A stretch of 64,000 nucleotides of DNA. It comes from Phoronis australis. Its lineage: Eukaryota > Animalia > Phoronida. The translations under genes were made by a program, and so were the position numbers. Shown one piece after another: positions 1 to 12,400 of this stretch. The notes under the pieces were generated by a model, which was not told where the DNA came from, did no database searches, and saw only the letters and a program-made list of their open reading frames with translations. The stretch covers positions 527,275-591,274 of the forward strand of contig NMRA01000057.1 of assembly GCA_002633005.1 (NCBI GenBank). Reading direction: 5' to 3'. Every line of letters starts with the position of its first letter. The first letter of the stretch is position 1.

Positions 1-399
1 TCATAACGGAAATAAAATTACATTAATGAAATTGACACATCTTTGGCGAGTTTTGAACTGAATGCCGTTTTGCATTCCAATTACAAAGCTCGGGCCTGTC
101 TAAATGCTACAAGTCAACGATTGTAAAAGAAAATTTCCAACATCTGGTCAGCCTTCCTGCTCTTGCCACATGATGGCAGTACGTACTGATCAATGACTCG
201 CTTGGTACAGTCCGATTTATAAATAAAGGCAGCGTAAATGAACTTTTCCAATTGCGTTTTTTAGACTTTGGCAAATCTTTACAGACAAATATTCATAATA
301 CAGTCCCTGATATAGGCCTACCATACGAACAACAGTCCTGCACTTTCACTATTTCTCATTGGGACGGGACAGAAACTGGTCGGCAATAACAGTACTTAC

Positions 400-1116
400 A
401 ACGTAACCAGAGCAATTAGCGACTACTGCGGTAACCTTCCTGCAGCTTCCCTGATTTCCTCTATACGGATAATCCCGCTCAGAAGCTATTCCCCCATTGT
501 GTTTGACAAACACGAACGCAGAGTCCGGCTCTCCACCCCCACATCCGTCATCCATTTTGTCGCAGTCGACGAGCTGTTGCTCAGACAACGGTACCAGTTT
601 CCTGCTCTTTTTGAAATGTTGACCCTCTAGTGAACCCGTAGCCGAGAAAGCCCAGCATGAGCCGCATCGTCCTTGCTGTTTCACCCTGGTGACATAGCCG
701 TGTTGTCTCCAGTCGATTTCAGATGGCGCCTTGAAATTATCCCGTGGGATAAAAACATGTCGACCAGATTTTGGAATCGACTTAGATTTCTTTAAACCAT
801 TCATCTGCTTCGCAAACTCCTCATGCGTTAAATCAGCGAATTCGTTCATACCAAGAAAGTAACTGTGCTTGCCTAAATCATAATTAAGATTATGCTCTTG
901 AATATACGCAATGTTGTCTTCCCAAACCACCCTTCTCTCAGACTCGTCGTATTCAGTCCGATAAACTTTTCCGTGTTGTTTTTTGAAATCATTCCAAATT
1001 TGGTCTAATTGGCGTTGCCTACCCGAGGCAGCAGAAACAAATAGAAAAATACAGACAAGCACAACTGTCTCCGTCATTGTGAAAAATCGCACTGCTAAAA
1101 TCTCGCCAGTACCCAT
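400..1116 (-). CDS. Cathepsin L-like papain-family (C1A) cysteine protease, first coding exon; remainder lies left of the window
   Basis: Signal peptide (VVLVCIFLFVSAASG), I29 propeptide with ERFNIN-like (ERRVVWEDNIAYIQEHN) and GNFD-like (GMNEFAD) motifs, mature start DWR, oxyanion Gln and catalytic Cys in QGRCGSCWAFS, and LSEQQLVDC. Homology stops at NCSGYV, where a GTAAGT donor follows (399-394). Catalytic His/Asn are not in the window. The start may be ATG 1116 or 1077. Confidence 0.92.
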
Positions 1117-1849
1117 CGAGTTATAGATAACTTGCGAATGATGATAACATTAATCTTTTTACGCACTTACTTAAAAATGATTGGAACACAAGGCGTTCAA
1201 TATGAACAGCTTCGTTACTTATTTTTTATCATTCTTCACATAAAACGGTAACAATCAAAGACTTCATATTTTTCAGTTTTGAAGGCTCCAAAAGACCTAT
1301 GGGGCTGTAACGAATACATTGTAAACAGTAACTAATTCACACAGGAATATCAAAGCTGAACCACGTGCACTAACTGTAGTAAATTACACAATAGCTGAAG
1401 CCACTAAGATTATCCCACAATGAAATCGGATTCAAAATCTGATAATGTGACCTACTGATTCTGCGTCCGTTGATTAGATGTAAATCTAATGCTGAGCCTT
1501 CAATTGAAATAATTAACTTTAAAATCAAAACTGAGACCTGCTCCTCACCACTTTAAGCAAATTTCAATGATTTTGTAAATGCGTAACGTGGGGAATTTTG
1601 CTAAATTGGTGAGTAAAAGCGATGAGCTAAACGAGCTTATTGGTAAATGGTATGTACATGTAATAGCACGGACTACACAAGGCACCTCTACGACACGGCT
1701 AATGACTATTATTGTACAGTTACCTTTAAATTGATAATACGTTTTTGTCTGTTTCCGAAATAAGTTCACCACAATACACACAGAAACATAGGAAGTTGTT
1801 TTCGAAGCACGTTTGAGCGGGACCAAGGCCATCACTGAAAGGTTAAAGA

Positions 1850-2240
1850 TCACGTGTGATGAGTAGAACCGGAAGTGACGTCATCCGAAAACCGGAAGAA
1901 AGTGACAATGATGTTACAGCTCATTACCTAATAGGTTCTATTGAACCTGTTAAAGAGGGACCTCCATTCAAGGTAATGCGTGTAACCGAAAGCCATGAGT
2001 AAACCAAAAGGAATTGAAAAGGAGGTCATAATCGAACTGGAAGTCACGTGACTGCCGACATCATCAGGTGGGTTAGGGCGTGACACCGTCCACCAACCTA
2101 ATGTTCTGACGCTAAAAAGAAGTTGAATACGTTGTGTTTGTAGAGTTCGTAGGTCTCGTTTTCTTCCGTGTCTAGTCGTAGAAACCTGAGATGTTTTCCC
2201 TCTCGAAAACTTCTCGCATGTCAGGTTTAATCACGTGCTC
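1850..2240. promoter_or_regulatory. Motif cluster upstream of cathepsin L: E-boxes, CLEAR-type GTCACGTGAC, ETS and CRE sites
   Basis: TCACGTG at ~1850 and ~2231, CCGGAAGTGACGTCA (ETS overlapping CRE) at ~1869-1883, a second CCGGAAG at ~1892, and GTCACGTGAC at 2043-2052. Function is inferred from motif match only. Confidence 0.4.
2025..2200. repeat. Dispersed repeat; inverted copy at ~17600-17770
   Basis: The reverse complement of 2030-2160 (ctctacaaacacaacg...gtcagaacat...ggtggacggtgtcacgcc...gatgtcggcagtcacgtgac) matches 17655-17755. Confidence 0.75.
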
Positions 2241-3974
2241 TAGACAGTTATTGGATATGGCCATGCACGGCGACTCTGTGTCCGACTCGACTCTATTCGA
2301 AATCGGATCTGTCGACAAATCTTAAAATGAAGTCGTAATAAAACTCCAACATGCGAAACTTCGCATACTGATAAACAAAAAGCCTATTTGAAGTGGTAGG
2401 TTCAAGCCGATAGTCTTCTGCCTGAAGTGATAAGGGCTTTTGTTTAAAAGTTTAGTCCTTTCGTACGAAGACTGTAATGAAAGCTTATTCTGGTTTTGAG
2501 TCGATCATACCTGACGCAGGCATCGCTTAGGCAATGGAAAAAGTAACTTTTAATTTCTATGGAGTCGTTTGCCCAAGCCATGACATGAAAAAACTTGGCT
2601 TACGACTGCACATGTTACCCTTGGGGCAGTTATGTCCTCATCTATGTAACATGGTGGAAATGATTGTGGAGTACATGCAGTTTTTTATCCTAGTTATCCT
2701 TAAAGAGTTCTTATTTGGAGATGTGAGCGCACTTTCAGCTTATTTTTTTACTTAAGCAGCGATTTGGGTTACTTCATTTTTTTCCCAAAATGGAAACAAG
2801 TATTTCTTAAAACTAATTTTCAAATGTTTCTCAGGCAGCTGACAGTCAGTGTCGTTTACAGCCCCGACAGTAACGATCAATTAACTGTTGGGTGACCACC
2901 ACTAGAATACTAAGTAAACAGAAACCGTAGTCTTCTGAGTTTTGGTGCAAAATGTGCCTTACTGTGCGCAGTCTTTGAATTGTTTCTCTCAATACGCAAA
3001 CTGGATAGAATCGTAGAATGAGAGAATGTCGCACTACGGTTAGCGACCGAGAGAATTAAGGTGCCTTTACAAAGGCGCCTACATGTTAAGGATTAACCGC
3101 CAAGACCAACGCAGAGAAAAACGACCGTAACAGAAGTAAAACTATATGTTCAAAATACGCCAATATCAAAGTAAAAAGTTAACTACATAACATATATGTA
3201 CAGATTCTATTTCTCAATTTCAACGTTCTACACAAACCTCACGCTTATGCCAGGAAATTGCAACGCTTTCCGTTTCAACTACGAGCATACTGTATTAAGC
3301 ACAAAGTATGACGTCAAACAACCAGTTGACAAGTCTACCGCATAACCAGTCGATAAAAGGGAACCACTGTCAGAAATAATCAGAATTTTTTACCTTTCAG
3401 ATCATTAAAAAACGGAACGCTTCAGCTGTAGATATGAAAGTGCCACCATGGCAGACAAGGGTCTTGAAATGCACTCTCTATAAAACGTGGATATACACCC
3501 GTGAAAGGGCTGTAAGTAAATAAAAAATAGCAAGAGTGGCATAAGTAGACCCTCCGTATCACCAAGAAAAGCAACAGTAGTGCTACCTCAGAATTTTCTG
3601 ACAATGAACTGGTATACACAAAACGCGACGTTAACTACGATCTTCTAAAAGGTCACTAGACCATGAATGCGTCAACAGCCGTGACTGTAGGCAACCAATA
3701 CACACTCCTGAGATTACAGTAGCACCATGCAACACCATACAGCAGAGTCCATAACGTACAAACCATTGTCTCAAGCACTTTCAGCCAATCCTTGACCGCG
3801 GCCTACAGGGTCAATCATAGCCACCGCGGGAGTCATTAACGAGACAGCGGGCGACACAAATTGAAAGGCTTTCAGTGCACTTCTATCGCACATCACCAGA
3901 AATTTGTAACATTCTTGATCCGCTACGTGACGCTTATCGCCATGTTGGCACATGTTTCAATATTTTTAGTACAC

Positions 3975-4631
3975 CAGCATGGAAGTCCGATCTTTCATTG
4001 ACAAGTGGGACTGTACACATCACATGAGTTCGCCAGAACACTTAACTCCCTGTCGAACGAAAAGGTCGCCTCAGCGGTCAAGGCAGCCAAGACTTTACTC
4101 TGCAAGTGTAAGAGATCTCAGACGGAACCTATTTGGCTCACTAGAGTCGCATAGTAACCCAGCTCAATGATTACTGGGTCGTCGCACACGATCTCTGGTA
4201 CCTATCACAGCCAGATTTTACTTCCACGTGTCGAGGTCTCACACTCGTTTAACAGCGACAGTTACAAAATGGAAGAGATGGTCCGTTTACAAGCTCAAAG
4301 TTACAACCAACAAGCCAAGGGCCTACCTTACCTTCTGGAAGGTGACTCTGTGCGAATTGAACTCGGCATTAAGGAGTGGAAGAAAGGATTTGATACAAAG
4401 CAACTTAGTTACGAATCCTACGAAGTGCAAACCCCTAGCGGATGCTCCAAATGCAATAGAGTGCACCTCCACAAGTCATATGAACCTCCCTCCACTGTAT
4501 CGGGCGATGCTCTGTCTGCTGAATAAACCATAATTGCTGTAACGTCTAGTGACTATACAACACATGTTCCCAACAGACCAGTTCGTGATCGACGAAAACC
4601 ATCCTGCTTAAAGGACTATGTCGCGGCTTAG
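3975..4631 (+). mobile_element. Degenerate Ty3/Gypsy LTR-retrotransposon pol fragment (integrase C-terminal part)
   Basis: Frameshifted pieces FIDKWDCTHHMSSPEH / SNEKVASAVKAAKTLL / PAQ*LLGRRTRS / YNQQAKGLPYLLEGDSVRI / NRVHL / RPVRDRRKPSCLKDYV follow the usual Gypsy integrase motif order. Stops and frameshifts are present. No LTRs recognised. Confidence 0.8.
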
Positions 4632-5518
4632 TGTACTTTTTTCATGTGTGCACTACTAGTTCTTGGCTATAGACTTCTTATATCTAGTTTTATTTCTATT
4701 TTTGTATTTAAATTTTTTTTTGGGAGAATGTTTCAACATTGTTTAGTTTTATCGCCAGTCAATAGGTGGCGTTGCTAATATGGAGTCGGCCACTTTCTCG
4801 TTCCATAATAAAATGTCATGTCGGCAAACACGCTAACGTTTTATTCGCACTAATTCCAGTCAGTCTTGAAACAGCACATGCTCGCCTTAACCAATCATAA
4901 GAACGCATAGGTAGGTCAAGGCTTACGAAGCTTGGGACTAGTACAGAGTGGCATCAGCTTGAGCCCGAAGTCTTTCTTGTCAATATTGCTCAAACACTGT
5001 TTCTTATGGATCGTAATTCAATCTCTCCTCAACATATTGCAAATTCAGTGCAAGACAACAAGGCGACCGGTACTTTTCTGTACGTGGATCCATTTTCGAA
5101 GCACAAGAAACGTTGAATTTTTTGTCGAAAAATCACATGAAATTGGGATCAACAACTTCTCAACACACCTGGTCGTCGCCTAGGCTACCGACAAATTCGA
5201 CGGCCAAATGAATTCACCCACAAACGTAAAAATGAGCTGTGCGCTCAAATAATGGCTTCTGGGTGATCGTTAACATAGCCCTGAACGGGACAAACTTAAA
5301 ACTTCAAGAGACATGGAAACGTGACGCTAATATTTGGAAATAACAAGACTTAACATAAACTTTCTGCTACAGCTAGGCTATCGGCAAATTGTTTAGTTAT
5401 CTCACATGACTTCTAATTTACTGATAATAGTTCATTCCTGTGTATTTTTTATGGAGGGCTACTGGCAAGATTTAGCACATGCGCCGTAGTACATGTTGCA
5501 AATTTCTGACGAAGACTC

Positions 5519-8500
5519 TTACGAGTTAGTGAACGTAGGGTTGTTTTTCAACGACACTACATCGCTTACGATAATGCAGAACGAATCCTCGTCTTCGTCT
5601 TCGGCAAACCCAACTGTTTCTTGAGAAGAGTCGTAACAAGACGTCTGGCCGTTTACTTCACAAACCGAGTCGTAAATACCCTTCACATTTTGTCCTTCCA
5701 GGTCGACACACAATGGATAGTTTACCTTGTGTAGGTCGCTCCGAACTTCATTCGTCTTTTTCGTTTGGTCTCCCAGTACACTGAGCAACGTAGGGCTTCG
5801 TTCAGAACAGTTCTCTTGCTGTCCAGTATGCAACACGACCGTTTCTGTTAGTTTACTGACATCTTTGATATACTTTGAGGCAACATCAAATTTGTGAGGC
5901 TCAATGTGTTTCCTTTTTCGACTTCGGAATAAAAACTCATTAGGGCTGGTCGGTGCGATTCCTTTTGACGGACGTGACATTTTACGTTTCGCGCTTCCCG
6001 TGTTCTTATATGTTTTGCCACTTTTGGCAGGATGCGTCGCACCTGCTTCCTCGGTCAGTTTTCTCGATTCAAGAAACCCTTTCGACTCCTTTAAAGCACT
6101 TGCGCCGAAGATTTGATGAAGGTTGTGGAAGATCATCTTGAAATCAGTCAAGGGCAATATATACTTCGACCGAAGAATACCGTCTGGGATTCCATAGTAA
6201 TTGCACAGCGCCTTCTCTTCCATGGAGGTCATTCTCATGCAGTCCGTTCTGAGAATAGAACGATGAGTGTATTCCAGTTCCGTAAAGTCAACGTGTGGAA
6301 AAAAGGTAATGCCAAGCTCTTCAACGGAGATGAACCAGTCTTTATTTCCTCTCCACAATGAATGAAGCACCGGGACTAGACTGTTGAAAAGATATAATAT
6401 ACGCACATGGATATCGTTGTCCTTTAAGTCTTTTGGTAAGAATTTTTGCGACATGGAAGTTGTAGGGTCACTGTCAGGGACGATCAAGAATGTTGAAGTT
6501 TTATCTAACTCGTTTCCTTTCACGAAGTCTTTGGGCTGCGAAGGCGTTGATGCCGTAGGTACAGTGGTGGACTTCGGTATAGGAGGTGGATAAGAAAAAC
6601 TACTTGGAACTTGCGGACTAGTAAATGACAAAGTTGCCACGTTTCTTTCTTTGCGATGCTTTCCAGACCCATCGAGTTGTGCACTCGATGAGAGTGAAGT
6701 CGGTGAAACAGAAGTTCCAGCGTTTCCGTCCACGGCTGGCGAGACGTTAATGAAGGGGTATCTACGGCTTGGAAGTACATGTACAGCTTCTGATGAATCA
6801 AATGGCGCCTGTACTCCAGCTGATTCCATTACCGAGGATTGAGTCGCAGAATGATGAGACGAACTCTTAATCTGGTCAGCGTCACATACCAGACGATCTC
6901 TCCGTGCCGTTGTGGTCCCAACGAAAGTGTTTGCAGAATCGTTCCTCGTTTGTGTTATATTGCACTCATACCCACAATTTTCTGTTTGAAATCGGACAGG
7001 GGGAGAAGCTCGAATGTACCCAAGCCCGTTCTCTACATGGCGAGGTTGCATTCGGCTTGCGTCCCTAGACGAAAGCAAGTGGTGTGGGTATAGGTACGAG
7101 GGTGGGGTAAGCGCACTCGGCGTGGAAACAGTAAAGGACGAGAAAGTTGATACAGACTGGTGAGTTGATAGTCTTTTAAGAGCTTCAGGATCGCTTGACT
7201 GAGGTAAACCACAAGAGGTATTCAGGCTATTTGGGTAAGTGCGATTCATGCAAGATGGCAGCCTGTTGTGAAATCCAGGTCTCGTCTGATTAACAATGCC
7301 AAGGATTCCAAGCGATGCTGAGAATGGATGACGCCGCATCAGAAGTGCCTGGTGAGTAGCATGGTTATAATTTGCAGCACGTTGTTGTTGAGGACGGACA
7401 TAGAGGTTGAGCTTTTGCTGGTCTTCTAATGAAGGCTGAAAAGGAACTTGAGGACGGTGAAATGGTCGACACGTTTGAGGAAAATTTGGACAGTAAAATC
7501 TTTGGGGAACTGGAGCCTGATGAAGCTGATTTCTTGACGGGAAATGGTGGATGGTGTACACATTGTGGTGGGAGGGTTGCCTTACAGGAAATGAATTTGT
7601 AGTGTCAGAACCACTGACCAGAGGCAACAGTGGCATATTTGGCTTATGCTGACGTTCATGAGGATGCAATGGGTAGACATCAGGGCATTGGTTTTGCTTC
7701 GGCTGGGTGACACTGTTAGACACACCTGTGGCTCTGGTGTGGCTGGCTGAAGCGCTGCTCGGTTCGCTGATAGTTGTATACTGGCATGACCAGTTTAGAG
7801 GCATGGTTGATTCCTCAAACTGGTGATCCGTTGTTGACTGACCAAAAGTTGGTGGCTCCTCTAACAACTTAAGCAGATGAGAAGCATCAGTTGACGAAGT
7901 TATTCTCTCACTTGTAGATTGGGTTAGGGAATTAAGCGGTGTAGATTTATTTTGACTAAACAGTACATCAGGGACGCTGGTGCCAACAGATGACCGTGAC
8001 ACTGCAGCAGTGACTGGTATAAGAGACATGCTGGTACCAGAAACCTTGCTTCCATTTACGAAAGGTTGCTTTATTACGAGCTCTGCTCCAACTTGAGTAT
8101 TATTATCACCAGCTTTGATGACATTGGACTTAGACGACACGCTAGGAGCTGTATTGGTTTCTTGTTCATCGACACATGACTTGTACGGATTTTCACTCAA
8201 CTCAACGATCTTCTTACAGTTATTATGATTTTGAATGATGTTAACTGATACAAGTCTGATGCTGGGTCCAAAGGTGTGAATACCAAGACATTCTCTGTTC
8301 AAACTTATAAGTTCCCCATCATCTACCTGAACTGTGTCTACACGGTCTCTTTGAGTGAGAAGCTTTGAGGCCTGTCGCATTACCGACAGTGGCACATATC
8401 GAACACCGTGTCTTTCCACATAGGGGGTGTTTGTACAATCATTTACCCTGTACCAGCCAGTCTTCACACAGTGACTCTGGTACTGACGTTTAAGTTTCAA

Positions 8501-9457
8501 ATAAAATGCTTTGAAGTCTAAAAACTTAAGTAATAAATTGCCAGCCAAGTACCGATGCTCTCCAACCTCCTTGCTGCATGACTGAGTATTAACACTGTTA
8601 AGCACACCGGCCTCTTCTTCGGTCATCTCGTAGCGTTGTACAGGCATGTCTACTACATTCACGAATTTGGCTAACAACGTTGTGCTCACCATGTGAAAAG
8701 CTACATACTGAACACTGTTTCGATAAACACAGGGGATTTTCACCTGATCTAATTCTATAAAGTCAAACTTAGACCACAGATCAACGACTTTCGAACTAAT
8801 GAGCTTCACCTCTTCACTGCCACTTTCCTCCTCCTCATCACTATCGTCAATGACAATAACTTTGGTAGATTCATCTGAACTGTTCTTTTCATTGGATTCT
8901 GTTGACTTTATTGTTACAGGTAGTGATTTTGAATGTTCCTCGGAAGTGCAAACCATATTAGGTTTGCCATGTGTAGACTCAGTGCTTTTCAAAGACAGAC
9001 TGGAGGGAGAATAATTGTGGACTTCTTTAACTCGTAGACTAGTATCCTGATTTGTTTGAGCTTTTTGTAGAACAGATGACCCTTCACCAAAAGCACGTAG
9101 AACAAGAGGGGGAGTATCGCTGGCGTTCCCAACCTTTTCTGCAAGATTCTCAGATGCTAATACCATAGACTCCTCATTAGTATTGCATCCTCTCTCTGTC
9201 ATATCATGTAAACCGATGTTGTTATTGTAACCAAACAGATCTTTATTCTCTGGCGCTGCAATGCCATTCTTTGTCCGTTCTTCTGGTCCCAATTGTCTCT
9301 TTTCACCATCATTGGTGACATCTGTTGGTGACTGGCCATTTGTGACAACATGCTGGGACCTTTTGTCATCACATTCATTCTCTCGAGCTTTAGTTGGATT
9401 TGATAGAGTTCGTATGAGTTGCTCTGCGAACTCCCACACATTCTGTCGTGCAGGCAT
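5519..9457 (-). CDS. Uncharacterised 1312-aa protein: three related globular domains separated by Ser/Pro/Gln-rich low-complexity regions; probably nuclear
   Basis: Uninterrupted 3.9 kb ORF with a splice acceptor (tttacgttgcag) just upstream at ~9469, so the 5' exon(s) lie further right. Repeated pattern IPCVYRNSVQYVAFHMV...MTEEEAGVLNSVN / TPYVERHGVRYVPLSVM...VDDGELISLN / VPVL...FISVEEL...MTSMEEKAL. Basic NLS-like KRKMSR and RSRKRK near the C-terminus. Confidence 0.85.
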   Translation of the reverse strand: MPARQNVWEFAEQLIRTLSNPTKARENECDDKRSQHVVTNGQSPTDVTNDGEKRQLGPEERTKNGIAAPENKDLFGYNNNIGLHDMTERGCNTNEESMVLASENLAEKVGNASDTPPLVLRAFGEGSSVLQKAQTNQDTSLRVKEVHNYSPSSLSLKSTESTHGKPNMVCTSEEHSKSLPVTIKSTESNEKNSSDESTKVIVIDDSDEEEESGSEEVKLISSKVVDLWSKFDFIELDQVKIPCVYRNSVQYVAFHMVSTTLLAKFVNVVDMPVQRYEMTEEEAGVLNSVNTQSCSKEVGEHRYLAGNLLLKFLDFKAFYLKLKRQYQSHCVKTGWYRVNDCTNTPYVERHGVRYVPLSVMRQASKLLTQRDRVDTVQVDDGELISLNRECLGIHTFGPSIRLVSVNIIQNHNNCKKIVELSENPYKSCVDEQETNTAPSVSSKSNVIKAGDNNTQVGAELVIKQPFVNGSKVSGTSMSLIPVTAAVSRSSVGTSVPDVLFSQNKSTPLNSLTQSTSERITSSTDASHLLKLLEEPPTFGQSTTDHQFEESTMPLNWSCQYTTISEPSSASASHTRATGVSNSVTQPKQNQCPDVYPLHPHERQHKPNMPLLPLVSGSDTTNSFPVRQPSHHNVYTIHHFPSRNQLHQAPVPQRFYCPNFPQTCRPFHRPQVPFQPSLEDQQKLNLYVRPQQQRAANYNHATHQALLMRRHPFSASLGILGIVNQTRPGFHNRLPSCMNRTYPNSLNTSCGLPQSSDPEALKRLSTHQSVSTFSSFTVSTPSALTPPSYLYPHHLLSSRDASRMQPRHVENGLGYIRASPPVRFQTENCGYECNITQTRNDSANTFVGTTTARRDRLVCDADQIKSSSHHSATQSSVMESAGVQAPFDSSEAVHVLPSRRYPFINVSPAVDGNAGTSVSPTSLSSSAQLDGSGKHRKERNVATLSFTSPQVPSSFSYPPPIPKSTTVPTASTPSQPKDFVKGNELDKTSTFLIVPDSDPTTSMSQKFLPKDLKDNDIHVRILYLFNSLVPVLHSLWRGNKDWFISVEELGITFFPHVDFTELEYTHRSILRTDCMRMTSMEEKALCNYYGIPDGILRSKYILPLTDFKMIFHNLHQIFGASALKESKGFLESRKLTEEAGATHPAKSGKTYKNTGSAKRKMSRPSKGIAPTSPNEFLFRSRKRKHIEPHKFDVASKYIKDVSKLTETVVLHTGQQENCSERSPTLLSVLGDQTKKTNEVRSDLHKVNYPLCVDLEGQNVKGIYDSVCEVNGQTSCYDSSQETVGFAEDEDEDSFCIIVSDVVSLKNNPTFTNS

Positions 9458-12400
9458 CTGTCATGTATCTGCAACGTAAAGTAAAAACAATGCATCTAGG
9501 TCACGTATATGCTGAGACTACATTCCTACAACCCACAAAACTGACTTGCAAAAACAAAAGGCTTTCTTTAACATTATGGCGACTCTTCATGAGCCATTTT
9601 TGCTTGTTAAATGTCATTCCACGAGAGCACCAAAAGGTCAACCCTAGGCTTACCGACTCAGATCCTGAAAAAAACTGTGTGTACATACATCCTGCTGGGA
9701 TATATTAAAAATGGTTATTTGAAAATTTTGGGCAATTGTTTTTTAAGTTAGAGCATGATGATTACTTTGGCTCAAAATAGCCCACTTTGGATCAAAAAAG
9801 GCTCAGTTAGTGCAATTGTTTTCAAGCGACTTAAAAGAACGGGAAAAAATCTTAAAGTGATTATGTCAGCATGGAACCTCTCTATCAAAAAACAGTCTTT
9901 GAATTTTCAAAGAGGTTTCCGTTAACCTTCACTGGAGTGCCAAATTTTGATATTTTTGTATACCTGATTTTCAGCCATTTTGGGGTGCTCGGGGGGCCAG
10001 TTTGCAGGGTGCTGGTAATTTCTAATGATATTATTTTTCATCAGTACAGTATCTGAACAAGAAAATAAAAAAAAATAAAAATTGAACTTTTTTGTTTGTT
10101 TTCAAGGAACAGCCGATAGAAAAGACATACCATAGCGTATTTCACGGTGTCTGACAACGGGCAGTACGTAACTGTATCTCACAAACTTCATAAAGGAGCT
10201 TCATTAATTTCTGCCAATATGTTTATATGGTGATCAAATCAGTCGAAGTCAATTTTTAGATGCCTTGACTACTGCTTGACCCCTAGTGGCAGTTTCTATA
10301 ACTAGAATTATTTGATGGAGTTTCATGAAATTTAGCCAAAACGTTTCCATCGAGGAAACAGTGGTACATGCATGTTTGAGAACGATGTTTCAATATTAAT
10401 CTAATCACGTTCGGATATTTTGTTTCTGTCTTTGTAACTGAGGATGACTGTTGAATAATATCGTGACGTCTTTTACATGCTGCACTCTACCGTCGTTTTT
10501 GTTTTCTACTTCTTACTTCTAATTTGGCCAAAACCTACAATTATTCACATGCATGTTTTCGAATTAGTCTAACCTGTGCTGCCACACCAGTGACAGTTTT
10601 AGAAAACCGTTCTCACGTCTAACCTGTGCACCCGTCAGCTGCTAACTGATGCCTTGATAACGTCCATCTTATTACCTGAACAAAGTGTAAGCACCTTAAG
10701 TTCGTAACCTATGCTGTTGACATCGCGAGATGGCCGACCCGATCAAAATAAAGTCAAAATGTGATACATAAATAACAATAACTTTTGAATGCACCATGCA
10801 ATTTTGACAATGTTTTCAATTTTTTATTTCAAATATTGATGCCTTTCCTGTGATGTAGGATTTTGTTTTCAAAACGAAAAAGTAATTTTCGGTTCGACCT
10901 CTTCGCACAGTCACTCGAACCCTTAATTCAAAAGACTTTTTTATAGATAAAAGATAAATTGCCTTGAACTGGTGCACAAATTGGAATATTTCATAAAAAA
11001 AACATGAATTATTCATGTCAGCCTAAAATTGTCTCTAAGGTCGTTACAAAATTTGTTCACATATCCAAGATCTATCTAAAAATATATATTTCAATGTCCA
11101 CAGCACTGCAAACTGGCTTGTAAAAGCACTTGAGTGACACCCACTTTCAGCACTACAAAGAAGTGCTTACGGATTTATCTCCCCTGTCGTGTTATGAATG
11201 CAGCGAAATCATTAATATTAAATTTATTTGGTAGTCCTCATGTCCCAACTCCTAATCCCATTATGTGTTTCCTCTCGTTGCATGCATTCCACCTGTTTTC
11301 ATTGGGCAATTGCTGTTTTCGATATGCAAAAACGTGCCATTTTCTTCGTAAGCCTTTGGAGACCTATAGCTAAAAACGAAGAGGTCATTTGGTGCACAGT
11401 TGATGATTTTTGTATCATAGCCACACCTTGATCACTTACGCAGAGCTTAAGCTGAATCTGGAAGATGACCCTAGTCTGATTTTTTATTTCTTTTGATTTT
11501 TTCGTGGAATGGCTGTAAACTCCCCACCAAGAGCACCAGGCTTCATCAAACAAATTTTGGCAAAGGTCCACTTTTAAGCAAGACTACTTTACGAAAATTA
11601 ATACAACAATGATTACCTATCACTCGTATTAATTTATTAACTACAGTATTAAGGAATAGGGCAACCTCAATTCATTAATCCTTCCTTTTCAGACTCACTT
11701 TATGTCAAATGGACGCCTATTAGATTGATCAATTTGAAGTGTTCCTCACAGGGTTGCCATAAATAGATTTCATTTTTGATCTAGCAGAAGATAGAGAAAT
11801 CAAACAATAAAGCAAAGTACCACTGGACAAAACAAGTACACCAAATCCATGAAACAAGAGAAAGTTACACCAGATCTTCCACAGAAAACCATGTTGGATT
11901 TTATCTCGAAACAAATGTACACATCTTAAGTTCGCACGGGAATGGCTGGAAAAGTACCAACTGGAGGCGCTGCATTATCAGTAATTACACTACGAATGTC
12001 ACGGGGAATGTCGGGAGTGCTCTACTATTGAACACAATTTGTCAGGAGCTCGAACCTGCTACAAAACAGAACAAAGGTTATGGCTCTCCAAGCGAAGCAT
12101 TTTATTTGCGAGTCTTCTTAGAAAAGTTGATTGGCAACTGAAAACATCCTGAAGCAACACACTTAGGGAAGTGAGTAAAGCCAGAAATTGACAGCATCTC
12201 ACATAATATTCCAAACGCATTCTGCTGTAGCATATCAGCATCAAATATTAAATGTGCCCCCATCAAAATTCCACACCGCATCATTTCAGTATGAAGGCCT
12301 TAATACCTCAACACCAGACTTATCAAGAACAGACCCAGTGAAGTGACCAAATTTCAACTGCAAGTCATGATGTGGCTTCACCAGTGGGATCGACGAAGCA

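Noticed and set aside
349-399. C-terminal VSTVIADQFLSRPNEK of the cathepsin ORF
   Set aside because: Read-through into an intron after the GTAAGT donor; not evidence of a truncated protease.
5848-9495. Many short ORFs overlapping the 1312-aa gene
   Set aside because: Antisense or alternate-frame shadows with no recognisable motifs.
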